From a virus (lineage: Duplodnaviria > Caudoviricetes): a stretch of 51,492 bases of DNA. Below the pieces are notes generated by a model. It searched no databases. It worked only from the letters and a program-made list of their open reading frames with translations, and was not told the origin of the DNA. The DNA lies in the IMG/VR virus record IMGVR_UViG_3300037851_000466, positions 1 to 51,492 of that record. One strand, written 5' to 3'. A program made the translations under genes and the position numbers. Positions 27,138 to 38,048 of the stretch are shown here, piece after piece; the first letter of the stretch is position 1; each line of letters begins with the position of its first letter.

Positions 27138-28193
27138 ATGGGCCTTCCGTTTGATATCAATATGCTAATGTCAAATCCCGTGGTTGCCGACGCCTTCCGC
27201 CAGCTTGGGCAGGAGGGGGAATTCAACGAGGATATTGACCGCGCCATGGAGCTATCCCGCAACATGGAAGAGCAAGCCATGAGCGCATTTGGTCAGGCGC
27301 AGGAGCTTCAGAATGCCCCACCGCCCCGAGCCGACTGGGGGGATGTCGGGCGTGAGGGATTCGCCGCCCTCGCTGATGCCGTGCAAGGTGGACAGCCTCG
27401 CTATGCACCGCAGGAATTCCAGCGCACCCGCGATAACGTTGCCGGTCAGCTAGCGGTTCGGAAGCAGCGCATTGAAGGGCTCATGGCACAGTATGACGAG
27501 CGCGCTCAGCGCGCCGCGAAGATTGGTGACCTCGCCACGCAGGCGAAGATTGAGAAGGACCTTCAGAATCTTCAGAACCTCCATGCACGCCTTCGGGATG
27601 CCATTAATAAGGAAGCGGAGAGGGAGGAGAACGAGAAAGACCGGAAGGCTGCAATGGACCGCATTCGCTGGCAAGAGGAAGCCGCAAATAAGCGTACAGC
27701 TATGCAGGAAGCAGGGGCTAATGCTCGCGCTTCAGAAGCGACTAGCCGCGCTCTTAGTGTTGAAGAAGCGCGCACTAGTCGTATGGTATCCCGGGTCACT
27801 CAGGGCACACTATGGGCAGCAACTGACCGCGCGCAAAAGGCGGTGGCCGATGCGTGGGTACAAGGGATGGACCAGAAAAAGAAACGCATTACCCCCGCAG
27901 GGAAGAGTAAAATTGTCGTTGCTTATGCAAACGCGCGCAATTCTGTAAAGAAGATTATGCCGGGGGAGTCCCGAGAGGATGCGGTGACTCGCATTAAGTT
28001 GTTCAATCAGTGGATGTTGGAACAGCCCGAACTAATTCGAAATGATAAAGCGCTGGAGGCAGCAGCCCGGTTTATTACATACGAAGAGTTCCTTCGTGCT
28101 ACCGGCATGCCTGAGAACAAGATTAAGGATAACGTTGCAGAAATGGAATCACGCTATGGTCCAGCAACTGCACCTCCAATCCCGAGTGAGTAA
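27138..28193 (+). CDS. Putative internal virion (ejection) protein, coiled-coil
   Basis: Helical Q/E/A/R-rich; AGGAG RBS. Confidence 0.6.
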   Translation: MGLPFDINMLMSNPVVADAFRQLGQEGEFNEDIDRAMELSRNMEEQAMSAFGQAQELQNAPPPRADWGDVGREGFAALADAVQGGQPRYAPQEFQRTRDNVAGQLAVRKQRIEGLMAQYDERAQRAAKIGDLATQAKIEKDLQNLQNLHARLRDAINKEAEREENEKDRKAAMDRIRWQEEAANKRTAMQEAGANARASEATSRALSVEEARTSRMVSRVTQGTLWAATDRAQKAVADAWVQGMDQKKKRITPAGKSKIVVAYANARNSVKKIMPGESREDAVTRIKLFNQWMLEQPELIRNDKALEAAARFITYEEFLRATGMPENKIKDNVAEMESRYGPATAPPIPSE

Positions 28194-31189
28194 TGGCGAC
28201 ACATCCCTTTGATTTTTCGGCTAAAGAAGTTCCTAAGAAGGAAAGACGAGTAACTACTTCCACACATCCTTTTGATTTCACTGCGGAAGTCGCCACATCG
28301 TCTGGGGGCGCGCCTGTGCTTGAGCAGCCCACCGTTGCTTGGGATGACCCAAGGATGCAGGAGGTCATGCAAGCGATTGACGCGGCTGGGGCGGGGCGGC
28401 AATTGCCCATGGGCATGACAGAGAATCGGCCGTCAGAGCGTCTGGTGCGGGGGCGCACGATGGACGATGACGAGCAGCGGGAATTCACCAAGGGCGCGCT
28501 TATTGCCGCCAGCATGGGCGTTCCGAATCCGGCCATGGCAGGGGCGGGATTGCTCCAGCGGATGGCCGGGTGGGGCGCGATGGGGGGCCTTGTGGGGGGC
28601 TTGCCTGCTTTCATCGCGGGCGAGGACCTTGGAGACGTTGCGGAAGAGGCGAAGACGGGTGCGTTGTGGGGAGCGGGTGCCGCCGCTGTGTTTCGGGGGG
28701 CGGGCCTCATCCTCTCGCATCTCCACCCGCAGGTTGCTGGTATGGTGGAGAAGATTGGCAACGATGCCGCAAAGGGCAAACTCATCACCGTTGAAGAGGT
28801 CATCGAGGCGCGGTCGAATACGAAGGACCTTGTTGGGAAGGTAAAGGATATCATCACGGATAGGGCAATGGTCCGTGCGCCGCAGGCTTTCCGTGAGATG
28901 CTTTCCGACGACCTTGAGCGGTTGAAGGAACCCGTGGCCAAAGCGCGCGAAAGTATGATAGAGCTTTATGACCGATGGAAGCGCGCTATTGAACACAATG
29001 GTGGGGTCGCTCTTTCATACAGCGAGAAGATGCAACAGGCGGCTCGTTGGGCTACTGCTAATGTGACTGAAAAAGGATGGATGTCAGAAGCGTACATTGC
29101 TTATCTGCGGAAGGTGCGAAGGTTCAATAACGCGGAGATTGCGGAGCTTGCTGAGAAGGGCATCATGAATGTCGATGACGTTGATGCCATTGCTACAGCC
29201 GCTAAGATGGAATCCAGTTGGTGGCGGGGGAAGAGCAACCTCGTTGCCGATGTGGTGTTGAACCAGTGGGTCAGGGGCATGAGCGATAAGCTGCGCCTCT
29301 CCCCACGCTTTGGCCGCTTTGGCAAGATGGCGGCTGACCAATTGGACGAGTGGGTTTCCAACAGGGACCTACTTGCGGCGGGTTGGGAAGACTTCCTAAC
29401 GTCCGTGAATAAAATCCCGAGGGCGCGGCAGGAAGTGATTGCCCGTGCGTTGCTGGGCCATGCGGGCGGGGAGAAGATTAAGAACCTCAATCTGACGCCC
29501 GATGAGCGGGTGTTCCTGCGCCGGTTCATGAAGTTCCGCGCGCACATTGCGGACCAGTATTCCAACGGGCTGCCCATCTTCGGCAAGCGCCCGGACGGCA
29601 GGACCGTTATCATGCGCCCCCGAGACGATTGGGGGCTGCCCCTCTATTTTGATGAGAAGAAGGTCATGGCGTTCCTCATGGATGATACACCGGAACGTCA
29701 GAGGTTCTTGAAGGAGCTTCAGCGGGACCTTAAGTTCGGCACGCCGGAAGCGGCGTTGGATTGGGCGAAGAAGGCAGGACTGGCTGGGGATACTCGTTGG
29801 GGTGATACGACAACGGGCTCGTTGTTCCATGGGCGGACGAAGCTGGCACGGTATGTTGAACCGGACTTCCACCTTGCGTCGGTTCTCCACCGTTATGCCC
29901 GTCATGCGGCTGGTGGGCTGGCCGCCCATAAGCTGTTCGGGCCGAATGGCGCGAGCTTGAAGGCGCTAGCGGAGCAGATTACCCATGCGGACCCGAAGGT
30001 GCAGAGGAAGGTACGGGAGGAATTCCGGGCGTTGGTGGATGCGATTCTGGAACAACTGGGGACTGGGACCAGCGGGGTGAAGACTGCCGCGACCCATGCA
30101 CTGGCACTGACGCGCTTTGGTCCTCATACAGGGGCCATCCAGCTAACACAGCTTGTCCCATCTATTGCTTCTCACGGGTTGGTTAACACGCTTTCAGCGC
30201 TCATGCTTGAATCGCGCCCGACATTCCGAAGGATGGCCGCGCGTGCGGGGGCGCACCTTGCTGTTATCATTGACCCGGAATTGGGTGTGAAGAACATGAC
30301 AAGGGTTATGAAGGCTATTGGTGTGACGCATATTGACCGGATGGGTAGGTCGGTCGCAGCGATAGCTTCATACTTTAATGCGGATGGGTTGGTAAGGAAG
30401 GCTGTTGAGCTTCAGAAGGCAGGGAAGTTTGATAAGCTGCCAGAGATTGCCCGAAGGTTGAATAAGCTGGGTGTCAATCTGGATGATGTCCTTAGGAATG
30501 GTGGCGAGCTATCGGAGATGCAGGTTAGACGGATTATGGCAGAGGGCTCTAATCTGGTTAACTTTGCCAGCCGTCGGAATGACCTTCCATCGACGATGTA
30601 TGGGGTGGGGCGAGAAGCTGGACGGACGCAGGATAAGACCCAACGAGCGGGGCAGGAGCTTATCTTCACCCTCAATTCTTTCACAACGCAGGCGAGTAAT
30701 TGGTTTGAGAAGGAGATTGTCAAGGAAGGGTTAATGTGGGTGCAGTCCGGAGGGAAGAGGGGCTCGCTCATGCCCTTCATTCGTTTCGCGGGCACGTTAG
30801 GGGTTTCAGCTACCCCCGTGCGGGCTGCTTATGATATTCTGGGGGGCCGGGGGGAGGAATCCGAGGCGGTCGCTATGCTTGAGGAATTCGACCCGGAGGC
30901 GTTGCGTGACCCAGAATATCTCAAGGAGTTGGTTGAGGAGTCCATGTGGAATGCGTTTGAGACTGGGCTCATTGGGCGGTATTCAATGTTCTTCGGGGAC
31001 TTCGCACCTAAGGACCCCGGCGCTCTTATGCTACAGGCGGCTGGTCCAGCCTATAGCATCCCTCTAAAGACAGGATATGATATCGGCAGGGGGATTGCGG
31101 AGGAAGACCCCGATAAGGTACTCGACACCATCATGCGGAACGCTACATGGGTAGGTCGTATTGCCCATGAACGACAGAAGAATAGGTAG
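28193..31189 (+). CDS. Large internal virion (ejection) protein
   Basis: 998 aa, helical, with Gly/Ala hydrophobic segments; duplicated THPFDF motif at the N-terminus. Confidence 0.65.
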   Translation: MATHPFDFSAKEVPKKERRVTTSTHPFDFTAEVATSSGGAPVLEQPTVAWDDPRMQEVMQAIDAAGAGRQLPMGMTENRPSERLVRGRTMDDDEQREFTKGALIAASMGVPNPAMAGAGLLQRMAGWGAMGGLVGGLPAFIAGEDLGDVAEEAKTGALWGAGAAAVFRGAGLILSHLHPQVAGMVEKIGNDAAKGKLITVEEVIEARSNTKDLVGKVKDIITDRAMVRAPQAFREMLSDDLERLKEPVAKARESMIELYDRWKRAIEHNGGVALSYSEKMQQAARWATANVTEKGWMSEAYIAYLRKVRRFNNAEIAELAEKGIMNVDDVDAIATAAKMESSWWRGKSNLVADVVLNQWVRGMSDKLRLSPRFGRFGKMAADQLDEWVSNRDLLAAGWEDFLTSVNKIPRARQEVIARALLGHAGGEKIKNLNLTPDERVFLRRFMKFRAHIADQYSNGLPIFGKRPDGRTVIMRPRDDWGLPLYFDEKKVMAFLMDDTPERQRFLKELQRDLKFGTPEAALDWAKKAGLAGDTRWGDTTTGSLFHGRTKLARYVEPDFHLASVLHRYARHAAGGLAAHKLFGPNGASLKALAEQITHADPKVQRKVREEFRALVDAILEQLGTGTSGVKTAATHALALTRFGPHTGAIQLTQLVPSIASHGLVNTLSALMLESRPTFRRMAARAGAHLAVIIDPELGVKNMTRVMKAIGVTHIDRMGRSVAAIASYFNADGLVRKAVELQKAGKFDKLPEIARRLNKLGVNLDDVLRNGGELSEMQVRRIMAEGSNLVNFASRRNDLPSTMYGVGREAGRTQDKTQRAGQELIFTLNSFTTQASNWFEKEIVKEGLMWVQSGGKRGSLMPFIRFAGTLGVSATPVRAAYDILGGRGEESEAVAMLEEFDPEALRDPEYLKELVEESMWNAFETGLIGRYSMFFGDFAPKDPGALMLQAAGPAYSIPLKTGYDIGRGIAEEDPDKVLDTIMRNATWVGRIAHERQKNR

Positions 31190-31196
31190 GATTCCA

Positions 31197-31469
31197 ATGC
31201 TAAAGAACAGTATGACTTGGTGGCTAGCAGCAAAGATTGGTATGGTCCTCCTATGCTTCGGCCTTATCACGAGCGTTCAAGCGCAAGGTGTTCAAGACCA
31301 CCCAACATCAGTTAATGCTTTCACTTTCACTTGGCCCCAGATTCTAGCTATCCTCGGCTTTGTTGCGGCTGGTGCCGGTGCTGTGGGGGATATCAGGAGC
31401 CGGGTTATCGACCTTGATAGGCGTGTTCATCGGATTGAAGAATATTGCGATAAGCAGGAGAGTAAATAA
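31197..31469 (+). CDS. Small membrane protein (signal peptide + TM + coiled coil)
   Basis: VQA/QG cleavage-like site, ILAILGFVAAGAGAV, LDRRVHRIEE. Confidence 0.65.
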   Translation: MLKNSMTWWLAAKIGMVLLCFGLITSVQAQGVQDHPTSVNAFTFTWPQILAILGFVAAGAGAVGDIRSRVIDLDRRVHRIEEYCDKQESK

Positions 31470-31831
31470 TGAAGAAGATTCTATGGTTTGTCATTGCGGC
31501 TATGGTTTTGCTGACCTCTTGCGGCGCGACCATGCGCGTGAGGGGAACTGCGCCGTCAATGGATAATGATGGGACCTGTGCGGTTCCTCTGCTTTATCCG
31601 ATGCCTGCGGTCAATCCCGCGCTGAAGATTCACTTTGCGTGGACCGGGCCTGTGAGTGGGGAAGATAGCCTTGCCGTAACTCCCGGTGCGCCATTCACTT
31701 TCCAGAGAAGCTCGGCTCCAGGGACGTACAGCGTGCGGGTTTGGGCCACGGATGCCGGTGGTGTTGGCTGCGACACCACCATCACCACGGTTGTCAAAGG
31801 CAAGCCGGATAAGCCCCGGATGGAGAACTAA
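31469..31831 (+). CDS. Lipoprotein with Ig/FN3-like beta domain
   Basis: MKKILWFVIAAMVLLTSC lipobox; PGTYSVRVWATDAGG. Confidence 0.75.
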   Translation: MKKILWFVIAAMVLLTSCGATMRVRGTAPSMDNDGTCAVPLLYPMPAVNPALKIHFAWTGPVSGEDSLAVTPGAPFTFQRSSAPGTYSVRVWATDAGGVGCDTTITTVVKGKPDKPRMEN

Positions 31832-34800
31832 ATGCTGAAGAGCCTTCTGAAGGGAATTGCGGCTGCGGCAACGGCACTCGTCCTGCTGGCCGCTCCGGCG
31901 CAGGCTGCAACGTACTACGTCAGCGAAACTGGGGACGCGGGCAACGACGGGTCGGACTGTAACAACGGTAAGACGATGGCGTGGTTCAACGCCAACGCCG
32001 TCGCGGGCGATGTTGCCATCATCTGCGACGGTACTTACACCACCATGCCAAACCCGACGAATGCAGGCACGGGGTGGCTCCTGTCGCAACGCATCACCTA
32101 CGTCGGGAACCTCTCAGACACAACGTCCGGCGGTGTCGTTCTGAATGGCACGCTGACCATGAGCGACAACTACGTTACGGTCAAAGGCGTCAGGGTCCGG
32201 GACGGCATCAACTTCTCCGCCGATGGCTGCTCGCTCGCTTACATTTCCAGCAGCACGCTTTCCTACGGCGCGGGTGCCGACAACAACATGCTTGCTAACG
32301 CGCACCTGTACGTTGCGACAACGGCGGGCTCGCAAATCAACTGGACCGTCGATTCGGGCTACGACAGCATCTACAACAGCCGCATTCAGGCGGGAGCGTA
32401 CACGGCCAGCTCCGGCGGGACGAAGTGGTGGGACAGCCCCAACAACGGCACATACCGGCGCTACCACGTTTTCAACCGGGTCCGGTTCCTGATTGACAAC
32501 TTCGCGCCAACGTCGGACAGCTACGCCATCATCCTCTATTCCTACAACCACGCGAAGTTCACCGACTGCTACTTCCGGTTCGCGTCGAACCATAGCCGCA
32601 GCACGCCAGCCAATAGCATCTACGGCGTAGCCCTGCGAGATTCCTCGGTGTACCAGACGTGGAAGCGAGACACCATCCACGTTACCTACGTTGGCGGGAC
32701 GGGCGGCACCCATGCGTTCGACTTCCACAACGGCACCCTTGCTGCGACCGCGCAGGGGCTGGTCATGGACTCGTGCTGGATTCAGAACGACGCTAGCGGT
32801 GGACAGCACGCGGTGAATATGTACGCCGGAGGCGTGGACAGCATCACCATTAAGAACTCGGTAATCGTCAACACGGGCGACGGACGTGCAATCAACTTCG
32901 CGGCCAACGTGGACTACCTGACGCTGACCAACAACACCATCGTCGCTTACGGTGGCAACCCCATCGGCATGGAGAACGGGTACGCCACCAACATGGCGTT
33001 CTCGTACAACATCCTCTACCAAGGAACCAGCGGAACTTGCAACGGCGGGCGCGTCCCGATGCGCGGCAACTCGTCTGCCACCGGAACGTCAAACTACAAC
33101 CTGTTCTATGAGGTGGGTGACGACAACGGCCGGGAATACACGCAGGGATATGGCGTGTGCCGTGACGACACTTGGAGATGGCCAGCGACTGCCAACACGC
33201 ACGAGGCCAACACCAAGTGGGCGTCTCCGATGTTCCAAGATAGCTCGGAGTCCACGTTTGACCCTCGCCCGCGCAGCAACAGCGCGGCTCTCGGTACCTA
33301 CTGGTCTGGGTCGCCCGTGGGGTTCGCCGGGGCGCGCGGTGATACCGTTGAGGCGGGTCCTAACGACCCGCCGGAAGTAACCGCCGTTAGTACGGAGGAC
33401 CCCACGCCGGTCGCGCAGGGTGTGGCGAGCGACATCCAATGGACGGCGACCGACGATGTTGGGGTGTCGTATGTCTACATCTGGATTTCCTATGATGGCG
33501 GCAGCACCTACTCGCGCCTCACAAACAATGAGGCGAACGACGGGGCTTACGAATACACATGGCCCACGGCCGATACCGACGTGCGCGTCAAGGTGTCTGT
33601 GTTTGACGCCGAAGGTTTGGGTGACTCACTGGAAACCAGCAACTTCACGGTATCGGACCAAACGCTACCTACCGTCAGCCTCACCACTCCGGACGGCGGC
33701 GAGTCGTGGAACGAGGGCCAGGGCCGGAGTATCGTCGTCACCTTGACGGATAACGTTGAGGTCACCGCCGTTAGCTTGTGGTACAGCGATGACGATGGAG
33801 CAAACTGGACGAACATCTCGCATGGGGAAGACGCGCAGGCGTGGTACCTATGGTCTGTCCCGCTGGTCGCCACTACCCAGACGGATTTCCGCATCAAGGT
33901 TTGGGCGACTGACGCCGCCAATAATCAAGCGGGGGATAGCTCGACAACCGCATTTACTGTCAATGACACCAGCAATGTGCTGCCTATTCTAATTGCTCCG
34001 AACGGCGGGGAGAACTGGGAAGCAGGGTCCATCCAGAATATCCATTGGCGACCGGACAATCTGACGGGAAGCTGGGCTGACTATGAGTGGTCATTCAGCG
34101 GCAACAGTGGTTCTTCATGGACAACCATTGAGAACACGCGGCTGTCGGGGCGCGACCCGCTTCCGGATAGCCTCTATGGATGGACGGTTCCTTCATACAC
34201 TAGCACAACGATGAAGATTCGCATCCGCACGATTGGCCCGTCTGGGGCGGCCGTGCAGAGCGACAGCTCCGACGCCGACTTCAATATTGTCGATACTACC
34301 CCGCCATCCGTTGTGCCGCTGCTGTCTGACCCTATCCGTCTGTGTGACGAGAACAGTATCTATCTCGGCGGGGCAGATAACGTAGCGGTGACAAGCTATA
34401 ACGTCTATTATCAGGTAGGGGCGGGGGATTGGACGACCCTTGCTGCGGGCGTCTCTGGCGGTACAACCGCGTTGAACTGGCAGCCCGGAAACACGGTTTC
34501 CTATGGCAATGGCGAGAACATCCGTGTGAGGGTCGCCGCCTATGACGCGCAAGGCGAGTCGGCTTCTGTAACGACTGCCTACAGCGAGGCATTCGATAAC
34601 ATTGGACCCACCACCACGTTCATCTATCCGAATGGCGGCGAGATTCTCATGGTGGGGGATGTCACCGCCCTCCAGTGGAGCGCGCAGGATTGCATCTGGG
34701 AAGAGGCGAACGACATCGCCCTTTATTATGCGCTGGGGCCCGGATACGATTCATGGCAAGTCATCACGTCCATTACAGACAATGACGGTAGCTATAGCTG

Positions 34801-37528
34801 GACGGTTCCGGCCGCTCTTGCAAACTCGTTCATCAAATTCAAGGTCCGGGCAATCGACCAAGCATTGAACATCACTGAGGACATTTCAGCCGCGCCAACG
34901 GAAGTCCGGCAGCTGAGCGTTGCGCCCCCCAAACGAGTTCGTGACCTAATGGTTCTCTATGAGAATGCATTGGATGCGAACAACCGGGCGTCCTTGCGGC
35001 TAGCGTGGAGCGCGCCATTAAAGGACGAGACAACCAACGAGAATATCTCGGCGTATAGCGTTAGGGTCTTCACTGTTCAGCCGACAGGTGAGAATTTCAC
35101 CACTGCTGGAGTCGAGGTAGCGGCTGCAACTGGGCTGAATGCAACACCGGGCACCGGCTTTACCAACGATGTGACAGACCTTGAACCGAATACCAAATAC
35201 TGGTTCGCCGTTCGCACGCAGAGCGCGTCGTCCGGGTGGAGCGAAATCAGCATCCCCGTAACGACATGGACACCCATTCCAAACACGGGAACGGTTAACC
35301 CAAATAAGCATCCATTCCCGCACATCTTCATCATGTATCCGGGGTGTAATGACTGGCAAAATAAAAACTGCCCCTCGCTAATTACGTCGGCGGGTGCGTT
35401 GAAGACAACGGCAGCGGATACTATCGCGCGGTTCCAACTAGCGATGCTCATGCCGAATGCGTTCCTTGGGCCGCACTACACAACGGGTGGGGCGGCGAAT
35501 GCGGGCAACAATGCGGACTCGGCAGCCCTTTATGGGGCGCTCCATGCTAGGATTCGTTCAAGGAATTCAACGGCTACCATCTTTGGGTATGACCATACGG
35601 GTGCGACATACGGGCCGTATGTTCCGGGGGATGACAGCACAACCATTCCAGCGCATAACTGGCGGAGGATTCAGGCTGCCGTTGGTGGGCCCGGAGACTG
35701 TATGTGTGCGACCCTTCAGTCGGGCGGCTCAGGAAGCGCAGGGGCTGTCAAGGGACGGCCAACATGCTATCACTCGGCATGGCGTAATGACAATGGAGGT
35801 GGGGCCTATCCTGATTCCTGCATGTCTGGCTCTCAGTGGTACAACATCAATCGGGCGCACCGAGATACGGTGACGGGAGATTACACTGTTGAGGAAGCTA
35901 AGTGGACGTTAATTGGCGAGGTCTTTAATGGCCTCAGGAGAACAACGAATCCAGCATCGCCCAAGATGTTTGATGGCATCTCGCAGGACCTTGCTGGGAT
36001 GGTCGATGATAGCGTCAGTGCGTTGTTGGGGGTGGATGACTTCGTTAATCAGAACCAGCTAACGGGATATGTTGATACGGACCCGGGCGCAACGGATAAC
36101 CGTCGTTGGCAATTCTATAGGCACTATAGGAATGCCTTCAATCTTGGTACGCGCATGTCACGGAACAGTCTCGACATGCCACGAATCTTCAATCCATTGC
36201 CCGCAGGTACGGCTGACTATCATCTATGGAATGGGTGGGTTTATGAGGGTTGGCCGACCGCGCAAGGCAGCGGAAGCGTAACGACAGATGCTAACTGGAA
36301 CTCGTCGGTCTACGCCATTAGAAGCACTCAACGAGCGTTGCATCCGAAGGGCTACTTCCGACCCGGCCTCTCGGGGTTGGAGTACCATGGCGATAGGAGC
36401 TATAACCAGTACCATCTCTTGATTGGGTTGGGCACTGGACCCCCTAGTGGGACGACCGCAACGGATACAACGACCGCTGCGAACCGGAAGAGCAACCGCT
36501 TCGGCCTTGGAACCGCTAGCCTGTTTAATGGGCTCTACTGGCAGTGGTACGCCGGTGGCTCGTGGGGCGGGCCCAATGTGTCGGCGGATTGGGGCAAGGT
36601 GACGTGGGAGGAGAACTGGGTCAATACAAACGGCACTGCGGACGGCACTAGTCACGGTTGGCTAGGGGCCGCTATGGGACGTTACTGGTCAACCATTGCT
36701 GGAACCTCTCTAACGAACCTGCTCACAACGGCAGTCACTGATACCGGCTTTGAGACGGGGACCTTGGGCGCAATACCTAATGGTTGGGCGCGCACGCAGA
36801 CCTCAGGAACGGTTGGAACCAGCACGGACACCGTGGCTCCTGTTGGTGGGGGTAGCCGCAGCCTTAAGGTTGTGACGACCACCACCTCTGGAGGGAATGC
36901 CTATGATGTCAGCTTCCGCCTTCGGGCTCCTGCTAGCTGGACAACAGTGAATAATGGTAACGGCTTGACCCTACGGTTCTGGGCCAAGACAACCGACTTG
37001 CCTAAGTACTTCTATGTTCTTCTACGGGATTCATCTACGGGGGCTCCTCCTGGCACGGGCGCGCAGGCGGGTGTTTGGGCGGATACTATCTGGCGGCAGC
37101 ATACAATCACGTTGTATAACAACGTTGGGACTAATCAAAGCGACTTGTATCCAGCCTTCTATCTGGGCGATACTGTCGGCACATGGTACATCGACAACAT
37201 CACTGCCTATGCCACGGAGGCGGCTATCTACGGTCGCCACTTTGAGAATGGCATGGTAGTCGTTAACCCGACTGACGCTGCCCAGACCTATGTGTGGGCG
37301 GATGATGGTTATGACTATAAGAGAATCAACGGCAACTGGCGGGACGCTAATTGGGTTAATGATGGGTCGCTGGAAACCGACAGAAGTATCACCGTTGCAT
37401 CCTACGACGCGGCGTTCTTGATTCGGCGTCCCGACGGCGGATGGGACGTCACTGGCGGCGGAAGCCGCCGCAGCAAGTGGTGGCGGTGGTGGGGCACGGG
37501 TTCAACCACTCCTACCCCAGCTAAGTAA
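31832..37528 (+). CDS. 1898-aa secreted multidomain protein: beta-helix, Ig-like repeats, FN3, putative glycoside hydrolase, CBM-like domain
   Basis: Signal peptide (APAQA/ATYYV); beta-helix NNTIV/YNIL; PxGGE repeats; FN3 DLEPNTKYWFAVR; FDGISQD and RHFENGMVVVNP; GFETG...LRFWAK...YIDNI CBM-like segment. Confidence 0.8.
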   Translation: MLKSLLKGIAAAATALVLLAAPAQAATYYVSETGDAGNDGSDCNNGKTMAWFNANAVAGDVAIICDGTYTTMPNPTNAGTGWLLSQRITYVGNLSDTTSGGVVLNGTLTMSDNYVTVKGVRVRDGINFSADGCSLAYISSSTLSYGAGADNNMLANAHLYVATTAGSQINWTVDSGYDSIYNSRIQAGAYTASSGGTKWWDSPNNGTYRRYHVFNRVRFLIDNFAPTSDSYAIILYSYNHAKFTDCYFRFASNHSRSTPANSIYGVALRDSSVYQTWKRDTIHVTYVGGTGGTHAFDFHNGTLAATAQGLVMDSCWIQNDASGGQHAVNMYAGGVDSITIKNSVIVNTGDGRAINFAANVDYLTLTNNTIVAYGGNPIGMENGYATNMAFSYNILYQGTSGTCNGGRVPMRGNSSATGTSNYNLFYEVGDDNGREYTQGYGVCRDDTWRWPATANTHEANTKWASPMFQDSSESTFDPRPRSNSAALGTYWSGSPVGFAGARGDTVEAGPNDPPEVTAVSTEDPTPVAQGVASDIQWTATDDVGVSYVYIWISYDGGSTYSRLTNNEANDGAYEYTWPTADTDVRVKVSVFDAEGLGDSLETSNFTVSDQTLPTVSLTTPDGGESWNEGQGRSIVVTLTDNVEVTAVSLWYSDDDGANWTNISHGEDAQAWYLWSVPLVATTQTDFRIKVWATDAANNQAGDSSTTAFTVNDTSNVLPILIAPNGGENWEAGSIQNIHWRPDNLTGSWADYEWSFSGNSGSSWTTIENTRLSGRDPLPDSLYGWTVPSYTSTTMKIRIRTIGPSGAAVQSDSSDADFNIVDTTPPSVVPLLSDPIRLCDENSIYLGGADNVAVTSYNVYYQVGAGDWTTLAAGVSGGTTALNWQPGNTVSYGNGENIRVRVAAYDAQGESASVTTAYSEAFDNIGPTTTFIYPNGGEILMVGDVTALQWSAQDCIWEEANDIALYYALGPGYDSWQVITSITDNDGSYSWTVPAALANSFIKFKVRAIDQALNITEDISAAPTEVRQLSVAPPKRVRDLMVLYENALDANNRASLRLAWSAPLKDETTNENISAYSVRVFTVQPTGENFTTAGVEVAAATGLNATPGTGFTNDVTDLEPNTKYWFAVRTQSASSGWSEISIPVTTWTPIPNTGTVNPNKHPFPHIFIMYPGCNDWQNKNCPSLITSAGALKTTAADTIARFQLAMLMPNAFLGPHYTTGGAANAGNNADSAALYGALHARIRSRNSTATIFGYDHTGATYGPYVPGDDSTTIPAHNWRRIQAAVGGPGDCMCATLQSGGSGSAGAVKGRPTCYHSAWRNDNGGGAYPDSCMSGSQWYNINRAHRDTVTGDYTVEEAKWTLIGEVFNGLRRTTNPASPKMFDGISQDLAGMVDDSVSALLGVDDFVNQNQLTGYVDTDPGATDNRRWQFYRHYRNAFNLGTRMSRNSLDMPRIFNPLPAGTADYHLWNGWVYEGWPTAQGSGSVTTDANWNSSVYAIRSTQRALHPKGYFRPGLSGLEYHGDRSYNQYHLLIGLGTGPPSGTTATDTTTAANRKSNRFGLGTASLFNGLYWQWYAGGSWGGPNVSADWGKVTWEENWVNTNGTADGTSHGWLGAAMGRYWSTIAGTSLTNLLTTAVTDTGFETGTLGAIPNGWARTQTSGTVGTSTDTVAPVGGGSRSLKVVTTTTSGGNAYDVSFRLRAPASWTTVNNGNGLTLRFWAKTTDLPKYFYVLLRDSSTGAPPGTGAQAGVWADTIWRQHTITLYNNVGTNQSDLYPAFYLGDTVGTWYIDNITAYATEAAIYGRHFENGMVVVNPTDAAQTYVWADDGYDYKRINGNWRDANWVNDGSLETDRSITVASYDAAFLIRRPDGGWDVTGGGSRRSKWWRWWGTGSTTPTPAK

Positions 37529-37538
37529 GGAGATTCAA

Positions 37539-38048
37539 ATGGGACGTTTGGGCAAAGCAACACACAGCTTTACCACCACTTTTACTGCGGATGTTGGCTA
37601 CAATCCAAACAACAACACCACATATGTGGGTGGTGGGTATGATGCGGATGAAGGCGTTGGAATCAATCTTCCAGCTAAGGCTGGGTACTTTCCCATCCTT
37701 GACTACGCTCTTGCTATCTATAAGTGCCCCGGTACGGCCGTCGGCCACGCGCAGATTCTGATTGTGGATAACAACCAGAACACCATCCCTCTCATTGGGC
37801 GTACCTGCACCTCTGCGGATGGTATGGATTCGATGGTGCTGGAGTTTGATACCTTTGTTGTTGGAAGAGATATGACAAGCAACGTTATCATGGCAATGAC
37901 CCCCCCAACCGCCGACAGCCGCGTCATCTTTATTAACGCATCGGGCGCAGGACTTTCGACCGCAACCGCTCCGTTCAGCCTCGCTAGTGTCTGCCGCTTT
38001 AGCGTGGGTTGGCACTATGAGCAAGCCGCTCAGGTTTTGAATCCATGA
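37539..38048 (+). CDS. Hypothetical beta-rich protein
   Basis: AAGGAG RBS. Confidence 0.7.
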   Translation: MGRLGKATHSFTTTFTADVGYNPNNNTTYVGGGYDADEGVGINLPAKAGYFPILDYALAIYKCPGTAVGHAQILIVDNNQNTIPLIGRTCTSADGMDSMVLEFDTFVVGRDMTSNVIMAMTPPTADSRVIFINASGAGLSTATAPFSLASVCRFSVGWHYEQAAQVLNP

